The notes beneath the pieces were generated by a model that worked only from the letters and a program-made list of their open reading frames with translations, made no database searches and was not told the origin of the DNA. DNA of 63,136 nt, counting the filler, from Choristocarpus tenellus KU-1152 (Eukaryota; Protista; Phaeophyceae): assembly GCA_964200185.2 (NCBI GenBank). It is 14 parts of 14 records of this genome, joined end to end, with 100 filler letters (N's around TTAATTAATTAA, not from the genome) between each part and the next. Parts side by side here need not be neighbours in the genome. Positions count along the whole stretch, not along the records: positions 1 to 4,014 come from CAXNAD020016667.1; positions 4,115 to 7,093 come from CAXNAD020023204.1; positions 7,194 to 12,438 come from CAXNAD020011366.1; 11 more parts are not named here. One strand, 5' to 3'. This document shows, piece by piece, positions 1 to 12,365 of this stretch (its first letter is position 1; every line of letters starts with the position of its first letter). Made by a program: the position numbers and the translations under genes.

Positions 1-1149
1 AAGTCCCCCGGGTTTGTTGGAGGCCTTGTTCCCGGTTGTGGCCCCTAACCTTTTGGGGGGGGGGGGCACAAGAGTTGGTGTTGGGTGCACCCCATTCAAC
101 CTCCCCAGGGCTAATAAGAAGCATTTGTAGCATTTGCTCCTTATTCTCAGTACATATGATGCTGAAGATATGTTCATTTGTGCATTCCATTGGTGCTGGA
201 AATTAGACATGCATTCGATGTTCTCACATGTCTGTCTAGGATTGGACTGTTTTTGCAAGGGTGATCGGCTTGTAGACAACACTACAAGCAGGATTAATGT
301 TTGTCTAAGGCAATAAGCTATCCTTAGATACTACTCTCTGCTGCTGTTTCAACAGTGTTCGAAATTGTGTAAAAATATTGTAGAGGAATTGGTCTCTATT
401 TGTTTTGTTTTCAATGCTTTCCTTCTACTGAAATTGATACCATCTAAGAGGGAGGTTTCGTTAAGATTTTAGAGTCCCTTCATAACTGCATTGTGGTGTC
501 TTGTGTTTTCAGTCTTTTGAGGGTACCTTTGGCCAACAATGTGCTCAAATCTAATCTTCCACATCAACCCCCTCCTAAGGGAGAGTGCATTTCAGGCGCA
601 GGCATGATGTACATTGCACTAGGTTCTAAATACCTTGTAACTCAAAAAGTCAAAATTGACCCCCCTCTTGTATGGTGTCGCTCTTCTTCTAGCTGGTAAA
701 GATTTCATGCACCTGACAATATTGCTCCATTCCCGACTTGCTTTTCGTCCAACTCATTGAAAGTTGCTGTAAGTGATTGCTACTTATAAAAATTCAAATA
801 GATCCCTCTTTGGGTTTTGCTGATTTGGCACGCTGCATGCATTTCCAGGTGAAGTCGATTGAATCAATGGATTTGGAATTCACAGAGAACGAACTGGAGG
901 ATCTAGCAAAGGTACTTGATATAGGCATATCCGGACAAGGCTCCATGGCACTAGATAGTGCTGTGAGTGTCTCTGGTTAGACGGAGTGATATCTACCATG
1001 GAATTTTCCCCATCATGTATCCCTCTCAAACAGGGGATGTTGGGGTCATTTCCAGTGTATTACAGAGTTTGAGGGTATGGTAATATTCTGGGGTGCTGAG
1101 CTCTTTTTAACCTCTAGGAAGAATTTATGCATTCTGCTCCTTTCCTGCC

Positions 1150-3650
1150 CTTAGGAGAGATATGGGGGTGGACATTGGTAGTACCCGTCTCAGGACATTG
1201 TGGATAATTGACATTTAGGATTCATTTGCTGCTTCATACTGTGCAATTGAAGGGTGTGCTTCTCATTGTGATATAGTTTGTTTTATAAGGGACAGGAACA
1301 GGAGGGATAGGGGGGTCACAGTTACACAATACTTTGAATTAGGTGTCCATATGGTACAGGTGTAGCGAATATGGAATAGGTAGCAGCAGTTCATTTTCTG
1401 GTCCAAATCCCCACTCTGTGTCCATGGAAGATATATATGCCTCTATTTTGTCTTTTGTGTACATCGTGAAGAGTTGGGAAGCTTGGCGATCGATTGTAAT
1501 ACATTTTTGTTCTTTGAATTTTGTCCATGGATTTTTATCCCTGTTGAACATGTGCATTGATGATGGCATTAGAGGGTACGTGAGTTAAGATGGTATTCAT
1601 TTAGGTCGAGTATTTCATACGTGAGTAGTGGCTAGCGTGAGTGAATGAAGAGAGTGGAGGAGAGCAAGATGTTGGTGTATGTGAATGTCTTCTCAAGTAT
1701 ACATTCTGTTTGATGTCTCTTACTGCATTAGTCATTTGTGCTCACTTGATAGTGTCTCAATCTAAAGGGACTGCAGGGATGTTGCACAATGTAACGGAGA
1801 GTATTGATGTGGACGCACTCTAAAAAAGTTGAGCAAATACTCAAATCAAGAATTTAGAGTGGTAGGCATAATTTATGGTTAATGGCAAACCAAAGCAACT
1901 AGTGGCAGCATTCCAGATGGAAGGTACTCACATAGAGGGCATCTTCTTCCTTCTGTTGTGTGTGTCACTTTCCATCTCTTTTTTCAGGGTTGGTCGGGTC
2001 ACATCTATCTGGCATGACAAGGTGTCAGTATTTAATTTTTATAATTTGTATTCAGATTGCGTAACAGTTGGTTGATGATTCATGCTAATGGTATTCATTG
2101 AGGGTCTCAAGTAGAGTAACTGTTATTGCTTTTGTCATAGCCAAAAAATATCAACAGAAGGCCAACATTTAGCCTGTAACTCCAGCCTCAAAATAGAAGT
2201 TGTACCACCACTCCCATCGTTCAACAGTTGCAATAATCATATTCCAACCCAGTACCTTGTACCTTGGAACCTGTACTCCAGATCTGCAGCAACAGCGGAA
2301 AAGTGTCCCCGGGGTAAAAATAGGTTGCTAGAGGTCCATGACTTGGCTTTTAATGGTATTTGCTGCTAGGATTGCAAGCAAATCCGACATATATTGTTGG
2401 CATTTTTTTGCTCACTCATACCCCACTGCTGACTAAATCATACCAACTGCGTTTATCTCCTGATATCTACCCTTCACCAAATCCTACCCTTCCGAGTTTG
2501 CCCCCGACTTGATCCTGACTAAACATGAAGTGACAAGCAAAGGGACTCATCACACCTCAAAATAAAATGCTGAATACTTCAAGCTCCCAGTGTCACCACC
2601 CATAGTTAAGTGCACCCTTGCATTTCTACAAGACAATAAGTGCTTGAGGAAAACCAGACCATCAATTGTAACAGGAGATCCTCGACATTTCAATCCACAC
2701 CCCAACAATGCATGCACATTGTAGGATGGTTTTTGGAATGAAATAAATAGAAGCCGTAAGCATAAAAAAACTCGAGCAAAGGACAAATGTTTGATAGTGA
2801 CGCCTCCTCAGAGTTCTTGAAAATATAGCAGAGTGATGCATAATATGCTACCACCAAATATTTCACAATTTATGGACACAACATTGAGTTCTGGTGCCAT
2901 CTACCGAACATTGAAATCAGCTTTACATCCTCCTAAACACCAAAACCAGGCACAGCTGTGTTGTCCTTCCCTTTAAAACTCTGTTCAAACAACCATTTTG
3001 AAAGGATGTGCGCCCACATCATTTTTATGTTATTAAAGACCGATAAATGACACATGTACAGTGGCCTCAAAGAAAGAAGTAGGAATTCCACCTATATCCC
3101 AGACTAAACCATCTTTCCTCTGCATGTCAGCAGAGAACAATGAGCATATCCTCCTATAGGTATATATTAGACACTTTAGTGTGCAGCCCCAACACACCCA
3201 CTTTGTTGACTTTCTTTTTGTTGATATCTAATTTTCTGATGTAGAGATGATGTACACAACCCCGTGAGGGACGTGGACCAACCTCTAGTTTTGTTTTTCA
3301 TGTTGAAAGAGGTATCTTCCAAGTGCATATGTGATCTCATTAAAGTGAAAAGTATTCTCATCCATGCTCCATCCATCATATGTTACCGGTGTATTCCTAT
3401 GTTCTGTTATAGTTTGTCTACTGAACTATCTTGTCAAGGCAAATCAGCATTCCCAGAAGTCTGCATTCCACTGAAAACTTGAAATCCAAAGTCTTCATGC
3501 TTGTAACAAATAAATTAAGTAGCAGTGAAAGTATTCAATCAGTCAATGCATAGTGAGATTGAGTCGTTAATCCTAGGAGTTTTCAAATGACAGAGCTTTC
3601 ACCTGGGAAACAATTGTAAGCATCAAGAACAATGTCAACACCTGCCCCAC
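1150..3650 (-). pseudogene. Heavily decayed Ty3/Gypsy pol (RT-RNase H-integrase)
   Basis: Minus-strand fragments ICRICLQS...PRGHFSAVAADL (integrase Zn finger and core start, about 2290-2400), KMYYNRS and PYK (integrase C-terminus, about 1280-1510), plus RT-like remnants near 3200-3480. Many stops and frameshifts; boundaries approximate. Confidence 0.45.
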
Positions 3651-3941
3651 CACAATTAACATGTGTGCGGTTTGTGTGTCACTTCTACTCTACTTACTAC
3701 AACTACTTACAAACTACTACCTGCACCAGCCCTAAACCCTACCCTAACTCACCCACTCAAACATTGTTCGAGGGCACCGATCATAGGTTGCAATTAACAC
3801 CAGAAGAATGAGATTTTTTATCATTTTTCGTCCAATCCACACCTCAGTGGACCACACGTCGAGTTGTTGGCACAAGGAGATGCTTTGAAGAACTGTACAC
3901 ACTAAATGTTGCTATTAGTATATACATGTAGGTGTAGTAAT

Positions 3942-4014
3942 TGTGCAAAATAGGACAATAGTGAGGTGTACCTTATTTTGTGTATATGAGATTATTGTGT
4001 TGAATTTAGTCCAT
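3942..4014 (+). mobile_element. Copia-family LTR (LTR-C), 5' part cut by contig end
   Basis: TGTGCAAAATAGGACAATAGTGAG matches the LTR start at 41353 and the reverse copy ending at 47290. Confidence 0.85.
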
Positions 4015-4114
4015 NNNNNNNNNNNNNNNNNNNNNNNNNNNNNNNNNNNNNNNNNNNNTTAATTAATTAANNNNNNNNNNNNNNNNNNNNNNNNNNNNNN
4101 NNNNNNNNNNNNNN
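4015..4114. other. Artificial contig-joining spacer, first of 13
   Basis: N44 + TTAATTAATTAA (stops in all six frames) + N44. The same spacer occurs at 7094-7193, 12439-12538, 19470-19569, 24643-24742, 29236-29335, 33485-33584, 36961-37060, 39696-39795, 44667-44766, 50904-51003, 57164-57263 and 60016-60115. A separate 10-N gap lies at 62191-62200. Confidence 0.99.
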
Positions 4115-4189
4115 AATGCACTTTTCCTGATTTTGGTCCAAATTGACACCCTAGTGTAGACCCCCTCCCCCTCCCAGATACTTTGGGTC
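4115..4189. mobile_element. MITE family 2 (poly-G/C) terminus at a contig end
   Basis: Ends CCCAGATACTTTGGGTC. Related termini lie at 12539-12600, 24551-24642, 36819-36960, 44767-44786, 50871-50903, 57264-57315, 57321-57394, 59918-60015 and 63074-63136. Confidence 0.8.
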
Positions 4190-5149
4190 TGTTATTGTGC
4201 ACTATGCAACAGATCACAGACTCTTTGAGCGGAGGGGCAGTATAGAGATCTCAGCTGCACATAATCCACAAATCCATGGAAAGTAGCACACCTCATGAGA
4301 GGGGGAGGGGCGGCCTCTTCACACTATCAATACAATAGAATAAACACGTCATCATAACACAACCCCATTCCACATACATGGAGTCCCGACTGATCTAGAC
4401 AAACGGTGTGTGTTTACCTCCAGGAATTTGCAATGTTAATCTTCTCACCGTGCCAAGCATCCCCGATTTGGTCTTGACCCTTGACCCCACCACCACAGCC
4501 AAGTCGGCCTCTGTACACCCTACCGCCATGGATGCCTCCTCCATAAAGGCAATGCTATCCTGTAGCACCCTTCCCGCACCCTTTGCTCCGCCACTAGAAG
4601 GATTGGTCCGTTGGCTCCCCCCCACATCACATGCCTCCTCGGCAGTGGAACCTCTAAGCTTCCGCACCCTTGCACCTGCTGGTGTAGCAGCCACGGTCAT
4701 GTCTGCTTTGGTAGGTGCCACCTTGGCTACAGCCAATGCAGTGATTCTTGTTGCTTCCCTATGCGGGGATGGACGACCTGCCCCCACCCATCTTTCCCTT
4801 TCCCTCGACCTCCCTCTCCCCCCTACTGCAGAGGAGGAAAAGGCAGCCTGGGAGGGGTGCAACTCTGGTCGAGGTATGGAAGCAGGTGCTACATGGTGAT
4901 AGGGAAGATGAAGAGGTGAGGGAGATAGAGAATCGCGACGAACTGTTGGGGATGAGGTGACAAGTGCTGAGGACTGTGGGGGGGTGAGGCAGGATTTTGG
5001 CAAGCCACTGGAGGAGTGTGATACTGTAAGGTTGATGGAACTGGAAGGAAAGAAATATGCCTGCACAGGAACATGAAGAGGGGGGAGGGAAGAAAACAAC
5101 AAGGAAGGGATAAGGGAGGGACCAAGAGAACCTATGGGTACAGGAGTTC

Positions 5150-6830
5150 GGTTGGGATGGAAGATGCAATGCATTGTGTGTGGTGAGGCCATGTGACACA
5201 GGGAAGGATCAGTGCTGCTAGGGTAAGCAGAGAGACGGATGGGTTGCACTCTTCCTCATACAGTAATATTTTAATGTTTCCTCGTGAGGAGGAATGCTGT
5301 AAAGTGCTGAATATCATGATACACTGTGCGTAAGGAGAAGCATGACACTCCGTCAGATACAGTGAGAAGTTCATATGTTCATACATCCAGCGTAATGCAA
5401 GATACAACAGAAGTAAAGATGTTTCTACCCTTATATCTGAAGTGATCTTGTCTTGGTCACCTGTGCCATGGTCCACGACCAGGAAGAGAGAACTCGAACA
5501 CCAGCTTCAGAAGCTAACTTCTTGTACTCTGCCCATTGCAACCTTGGTCAAATATTGTTCATGGATAGGATTTAGGGTAAGCAGAAAGGAGCCCATGCAG
5601 GAATAGGGGTATGGGTTAGATGAGGTTCGCAGCACATAGTTTCATACGATGATACTCAGCGTCGAGCGCACTGAGGGAACTGCGCATGGGAAAGACAGTG
5701 TGGTTGATTGCTCTCCACATTAACGCTTAGTGGACCTAGGTCTAAAACAGACATCCAAAACCCCACCTATACACATGCCAAAGAGGGAGAAAGAGTGTAG
5801 AGGGTTCTTGCGATGAGCTTATGGGTGTGGAGTGTACACGTAGGTGTAGTGGGTCAACGGAATGGGACTCCTTGTGTCAACGAAACGTTTGACCCTACCC
5901 ACTCGGGGACATGTGCAGGAAGGCCAGTGCCTCCAGCGTAGTCACATCTCTAAGTGTGTCCGTCTTATCATAGTTCTCGACAGGCCAGGGACACACGGAC
6001 ACAGTATCCTGAAAATTGTAAGGTGGCATTTGAAGTAAACGAGAAACGGAGGACGGCGGGATTGTTCGTTTCAGTTCAGAAGGATGTAGGCGATCGCACA
6101 ACATCTGCTGTGTCACTATCAGATGGAACTAGGTGGTACTTTAGATGGTGGAGGATCAGAGGTCTCGGATCGAGAGGAGGGAAGGAAGTGACTGATGACG
6201 AGACTGATGACGTCATTCGAGATACAACTAGGAGACTGAGGATTTCGACAAATCAAAGGGTAGAAAAGAAATGTTGGAGTGGCTAGTTGCTCAGACCTCA
6301 AAGTAACCATGATTGCGAAAGGGTTATCGAGGCTATGACTGCGTCCTACTTCGCACAGGTGGCATTGCACGACCCAAGAAAACTCCCATCACAGGGGAGT
6401 TGCTTGAATGTCCGATGTACCTCGTCGATCTTCGGATCTTTAATGTCGGGGGAATATTATTGGAAAGAGACCAAACAAACTTCCGCTCACCTTTGCAAGG
6501 GAGACATCGTTCAATACGACACTAGACCCAACCAATTTGATGGGCAGTCTTTTATCAACGCAGTGCTTCATAAACTCGACCGGATTATCCTTAGCTTTCA
6601 TGGCCTCGAGTAAGAATCGTGACCAAAAGGGAGCTACCGCAAACTTCAGATAAGCAACCTATCCCAATTGGGGAAGCGTGATTAATCCGTTCCAGCTGTT
6701 TTGAGGAGTGGGGATCAAACTAGGTGCTCAGCGAAAAGCAACTTCGTCTTTCGTGCTCATACCCAAACCTACTTTGGACCTTCAATCTTATTGAGAGAAA
6801 ACAGGTCCACATCCATCATCCCAACGTCTG
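5150..6830 (-). pseudogene. Decayed Ty3/Gypsy RNase H-integrase
   Basis: Minus-strand DGCGPVFSQ (like G-x-G-A-V-L-S-Q of RNase H) near 6800, followed by degenerate RNase H and integrase-like segments. Boundaries approximate. Confidence 0.45.
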
Positions 6831-7560
6831 AACAAAAATAGTATTATTTTGAGGTACCCACACTAAACGTTACAATAGTACAGTATCAATAATAATACAG
6901 TACCTACACCGATTAAATACCAATTATTATGTACCAAACCATTTTGTACCGCTTTTTTCGACATGCTAAAAAAAATAGGCTTTTGTACCGACATTCTCGT
7001 ATTCGGGCGATTTCGCACAACATCCCAGAGATATTCACCCGAGTTTGGCGCGCGCGTAAGAAATTCTCGCGAAAAGTGCCTTTCTTCCTGAGTNNNNNNN
7101 NNNNNNNNNNNNNNNNNNNNNNNNNNNNNNNNNNNNNTTAATTAATTAANNNNNNNNNNNNNNNNNNNNNNNNNNNNNNNNNNNNNNNNNNNNGGGCATA
7201 TTGTCGACACCCGACATGCTCTTACCTGGCCTAGGGCAGGGGAACAGGTACACCAGCACACACCAATGGTTAGGTGTCTAGTTCTATTCAGCAAGGGAAT
7301 GAGCATCCCTTGCACTATGGAGGATGGCAATCCAATCATACTGGACAGGAATTTCTGCATGGATATGATCTTCCGTGCTGGGGCACTTGTGAATGTTAGA
7401 TCAGCTCTCTACGAAGACAAAGTCCTCCTCCCCGATGTTACGTTTGCAGAAGTGCAATAAGCCTCCCACCTACCACTCTCATCCCCAGCAATGATGTAGC
7501 TGCTGCTGCTGCTGGCGCACGCAAGCACACACACTACGAGGGTTCTTTTGACTCTCGTAG

Positions 7561-7826
7561 GAGTCGAAGTATCTTAGAGGGTAGAGTCGTGTCCGTTTGG
7601 AGGTCAAAATCCAATGTTCCTATTTTGATGTAACTTGACTATCGTTTTTGTTAAGGAAGTGTCAATATCCTTGTTCCAGAGACACCTTTTCATAGTTTAA
7701 TACATGATGCCTACTCCAAATCGTATACATTTTACCTACTCAGAAACATTTCGGAGGAGGAAAATGTGATTTTAATAAAATGTGGGAAGCCAAGCAAAAC
7801 GCGTACCCCCTAAGATACTTTCGCTC
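7561..7826 (+). mobile_element. MITE family 1 (about 258 bp, Sola2-like), full copy
   Basis: TIRs GAGTCGAAGTATCTTAGAGGGTA ... TACCCCCTAAGATACTTTCGCTC; exact 4-bp TSD GTAG. Confidence 0.9.
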
Positions 7827-7894
7827 GTAGTTTTAATATCAACACCTTCGCGGTGCAAAGTTTTGAGCACCTCGGTAAGCAATTAGAACGTTTT

Positions 7895-8330
7895 TTGAGT
7901 GGGTTGGCTACACCGGGAGTAGGGGGGAGAGAGGCGGAAGGTTAAAGGAGAAAATGGGCTGTCAAATCTTGCTCACGAAAGATAGTGTCTGTCACTACAC
8001 AACAAGTGGCTCTCTCAAGACGTACCATGCGTTTCAAGCTGGAGACACCAGGGAGATGGGCAATGAGGGACCTATCAGATTCTTGGGATGTTTCCCTAGC
8101 TCCTCGCCCAGTTGCGTAGGGCTAGGCTAGGTTGAAGGCATAGCAGCAGTGTACACATGGCATTGTAATACAAACCTTTATGGGAGTGTTGTGGTATCGC
8201 TGATGCCCAAATAGTAAATAGATTTGGAGAAATATCTTTCACATTTACGACAAGTGTTACTTTTATTGGGGTCCTTGTGATATTGATTTGGCCTTTTCCT
8301 TGACACACCTGCAAAATGCCAGAGGGCATA
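7895..8330. repeat. Dispersed repeat X, probably a decayed coding TE
   Basis: Colinear similarity to 58505-59260 and 43680-43935, with shared blocks such as TCAGATTCTTGGGATG, GGGAGTGTTGT and CTTTCACATTTAC. Confidence 0.75.
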
Positions 8331-8566
8331 ATAATAAAGGTTCAGAGTACCTTTTCAGACACCGTCGAAGACAGATTGTTACACCTACTCACTAAAAACT
8401 TGTTCTCAAAGGTGTTAATCGAAAGGTTAATTACGAAAAGTGATATTGAATTTGGACTAACACATCGTATCGATACATGTCCGACTTCGATTTGCACCCA
8501 ATCAGAAGAAAGGAGAGAGGGACAGAGGACAGAACCCTACCAAATTAAGGTACATTTGCAGTACAC

Positions 8567-8737
8567 AGGGAACCTCCGCGTTTTCGGGAACCACCACTGT
8601 CTTCGGGAAACATCCTAACCCTAACCCTGACCTGTGTGTAAAAAGTACTCTAAACTTCTTTTGAAGAAGTGAAAAAAGTAGACAGCGGTGGTTCCCCAAG
8701 ATCAGGGTGTGGATCCCAAAGACAGGGGGGTTCCCCT
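8567..8737. mobile_element. Small foldback/MITE with tandem subterminal inverted repeats and a CCTAACCCTAACCC core
   Basis: Left-arm GGGAACCACCACTGTCTT-type repeats are mirrored by AGACAGCGGTGGTTCCCC-type repeats on the right arm. Confidence 0.6.
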
Positions 8738-9839
8738 AAGCCACTTCAAAATTAGAAACACATCTTAGGATTCAACATCGTTCCCTCATCCTGCTGATCA
8801 TGGAATTTCAACTAACCTCACTCTGTTACACATCAAGTCCACTGAATTCTCCCTGGATCATACTCTGACGAGAAATAACTCCTTAACACAGACACACTGG
8901 CAGACATAACCTCGTGCACAGTTGTATGTCGATTATTTTTCATGTGCGTGTCTCTTCATCTGTCTCAGAAGCAGTAAACATGATCACGATCATTCCTCGC
9001 ACGTTTATTGTTTTTTTTCATTCATGGACACTTTTTTCTCTCTGGTGGTGATTTACGAGGTGACTACTATTTTTGCAATCATTCTGACCGTCCGATGACC
9101 TAATTGCTACTCATGACACCACCGTTCTCTGGTCACATGTGTGCATGATTTAATCTGATGAACACTTGTGGCTGTTTCGTACTCCAAACCTTCTGTTGTA
9201 TTAGCTCCTCGATGTGTAAGCTTTGAATTTTCATGTGTACTTTCTCTCTTACCAACTTTGGAACCACTTGGACGACATGGACGATATCGTTGTGGCTCCT
9301 CTGGGAGTTCGAGCCTTGATAACGCTTACAAGGTGAGATACTGTCATCCTACCTCCCAAGAGTGTGTAATTGCATACATGGTCTGAATCCACATGCTTCA
9401 TTGATCCACTTAGATTCCAGACCTACTTCCTATTACCACCTACCTATCCTATCTTAGAAGGGGGCATCACAAGTATCTTGGACCCCTGTGACTACCTTCT
9501 TCCTGTTTAATAACACGAAAGTAACACTCATGTGAATATATTTGCCTTTATCAATTCCTTGAAGAAAAAAATTAATCTCTTTTTTTCGAATGTATATTTA
9601 TGCGTCCCCATGTAGTACATTTAAAAAAATACTTCGTACCAAACACGAACTTTGGATTGTTTGAGATGTGGCAATGTAACATTGAATACCTTGGCCGTCT
9701 CGACGAGTTGAACCTGCCTCTCAAGTACTCCCAGTCACGACAATTTCCACCTCCGCCTTCAATTCAGACTAAATTTATTATGTTATTAAGAATACATATG
9801 AAAGAGGTTACTAATGGAGAGCCAGGAATTGCCTTTACT

Positions 9840-11600
9840 GATGATCTGTCTCATCACTATGGGTCACAGACGTTACTGTAGGCACAAGCGCTGATGATGT
9901 ATTGCCTACTTCTTTTCCTACCCATAAAGACGAGAAGGTGCTTGGAAAGTGTCCACCACCAAGGTCAACATGCACCACGACACGGTGAGGAAATGGGAAC
10001 CTTCTTTTCGGGTCAAGGAAAGCTTCCTGGCACCAAACAGGGGAAGTTCGAAAGGAGGTGGGTATTGGGAGAGGAAGACTTGGAGGAGTTGTGCGTATTT
10101 ATGGGTTCGTCCGGAGGAACTGCCACTACACGTTGCCGTAAATGAGGGCGACCATTTCTGTCTGTTTGAAGTCAGAAGAGTGACAAGAGGGGGATAAGTC
10201 CAGAAAAGCACCCCAGGAAGGTCCAGACCTGCCATCTACTTTACAGCATCCAGAATGGTCTGGAATCTGTCGACCTTGACTTGGAGAACATGATGTACAA
10301 GTCTTACCACAGGTCTCATCCTTCCTAGCATGCAATGCCGACAACAGCGCAAAAAATAATACACACTTTTATAATCCAAACAGCCAACTCGTGGAGAGAG
10401 GACTAGAACCACTTTGGAGGTGATTCGTTCTCTACCAGGAGTTACGGTCTGGCAAAATTACCCCGAACCTCCCCGGGATGTGAAGAGATGGATGCCCAAA
10501 TGTCTCGGTTCCAATTCGCTCTTGATCACAAGTTATGGTTGGCAAAGTTCATCATTGAAGTGAGTGATGCCACTATAGCCTGAGTATTAACCCAACTTGT
10601 GGTCAAAGGCATTACACATTGTACTACTTCTTGTACTAATGTGACAACTAATGTGACTAACTCTTCATGCACTTTGACTAAGTATGCTGCCTCTGTTTGT
10701 GCCTTGCTTCTATTCTAGCACATTGTGTTCAGCAATTCCACCACCGCTTGTCACCCAACCTTCTACCTCAAATCTTGCGCTAGCGTCACCTCAAAACCGC
10801 GGTCCTCAATCTTGTTATAATATATTTTGTGGCATACTATAGCGATAGGTAGGGTAGGACAAGAGTACGATCCATTGTACTTACCATATTGGAAATGGAT
10901 ATTTGAAACCAGATTTCCGTGAATCGAAGTCTGGCATCAGGGGGATTCAAAAATGCTAAATCCATACTTCGAAGTGCAGGAAACAGCTTTCTCCTATCCA
11001 CTGGGCTATGAGGAAGCTCAAGATAAGTATTCTTCCGGAACTGTATGTGTGACTCGAATACGCATGGAACCATCGAAAAATGCGATTACGTGGTTGAAAA
11101 GAAGAGCGATATTATTATAGATGGTGGGGCTTGGTTTAGCACCTGTTGCTTCTAGAAGGAACCACTAAAACTGCACATTTACAACACTCCTAAATACTCT
11201 ACCAACGTGTATAGAAATAAAGCGTCTCGAAAATTTCGACATCAAAACCCAGAATTGATTCTCCACAAATATCCCCCTAAGGTATGGAACATGAACGCGA
11301 ATGCTTTCGGTTACATAGTATTGTAATTCATATCGTATTCTGGACACAGTTCATGGACTGTCCTTTAGCATTTGTCCGTTCTGGTGAAAACCCCTGTTGC
11401 TTTTTGACTCACCTAATGAAGACGCGTGTCTAGCAATCGTGGGTAAATGGTGGTACGGCCCTCAATCCACTCTGGAAGGGGCTACTTACTCGATACTAAA
11501 TGCTTCACTCCACTTCACAACAATTTTTCTGAGTCCTAATATACCCGAAATTCTCCGAATTTCAATTTGCCTCACCCCCTCACTCCACACACAATTATTC
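9840..11600 (+). pseudogene. Possible decayed Gypsy integrase
   Basis: HHYGSQTL (about 9850), CMQCRQQRKK (about 10330) and KWWYGP (about 11450) occur in the expected HHCC-to-GPY/F order, but are very degenerate. Confidence 0.3.
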
Positions 11601-12333
11601 CGCAGCATGAGAGGTTAAACCCAATACCAAGTGCTTGCTGTGGTCTGACTCAAGTATAGTAGCTGAGGATTTAAAAAGTACGGAAGATAGAGGAGGTTCG
11701 TGCATTCACTTGTTCTTGTGATCAGATAGAAATACAGAACCAACCTCCCTGGGGTCTACCCATATCGGCTTCTGTTTTCGTTTTGGTAGAGATATACAGG
11801 GACTGCAACATCCTCGTCTCCAACGCCTCCTCCAAACAAATAATTTGCAACGAAAGTGCACATCCTTAACAAGAAGGTTAACCCACCCACACCATCCCAG
11901 TAGAGGAAATAAGTCACTTGGTATGTGGAGTAATCAACCATCAGGGAGTTCACTTATTCCAAAGGCATCCATCGATCCTGTAGGATGTATGATGAACTTG
12001 ATGGGGCACGCATCACCTTCCCATATGTTTGATAGTGTAGTGTGGAGGTGGACAGAGGCTATGTGACTCTTTATCGAAGAGGATATTGTCATCGACCTAG
12101 AGGAGACACAGTCATCCAGACAGTACAATTACGCTCGCCTGTGGTGCTATAGTTGGAGTAACTTCTGATGTAGGGAAAAAAATATATACTGCAGTCGGTG
12201 GGAAGGCAAAGAGCAGATTCTTCTATTTGTGGATATGTTATATATCCTTTTGCTTACGTGTGAACGTGCTATATCGTCATTGGTCGAGTCAATCGCGACT
12301 GATTGTCTCTGTAGAATGAGTAGACGAGTTTGG

Positions 12334-12365
12334 GAGTGAGAGTACCTTAGAGGGTACGAGTTTTG
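12334..12365 (-). mobile_element. MITE family 1 terminal fragment
   Basis: GAGTGAGAGTACCTTAGAGGGTACGAGTTTTG, followed by TGTTACAGGCG, which resembles the LTR-Q start. Confidence 0.65.

Noticed and set aside
4059-4070. Recurring TTAATTAATTAA motif about every 3-7 kb
   Set aside because: It is always centred in N44 padding, so it is a synthetic six-frame-stop linker and not biology.
4395-5249. 284-aa minus-strand ORF as a host gene
   Set aside because: Low-complexity Pro/Ser sequence next to a decayed Gypsy integrase, with no recognisable domain.
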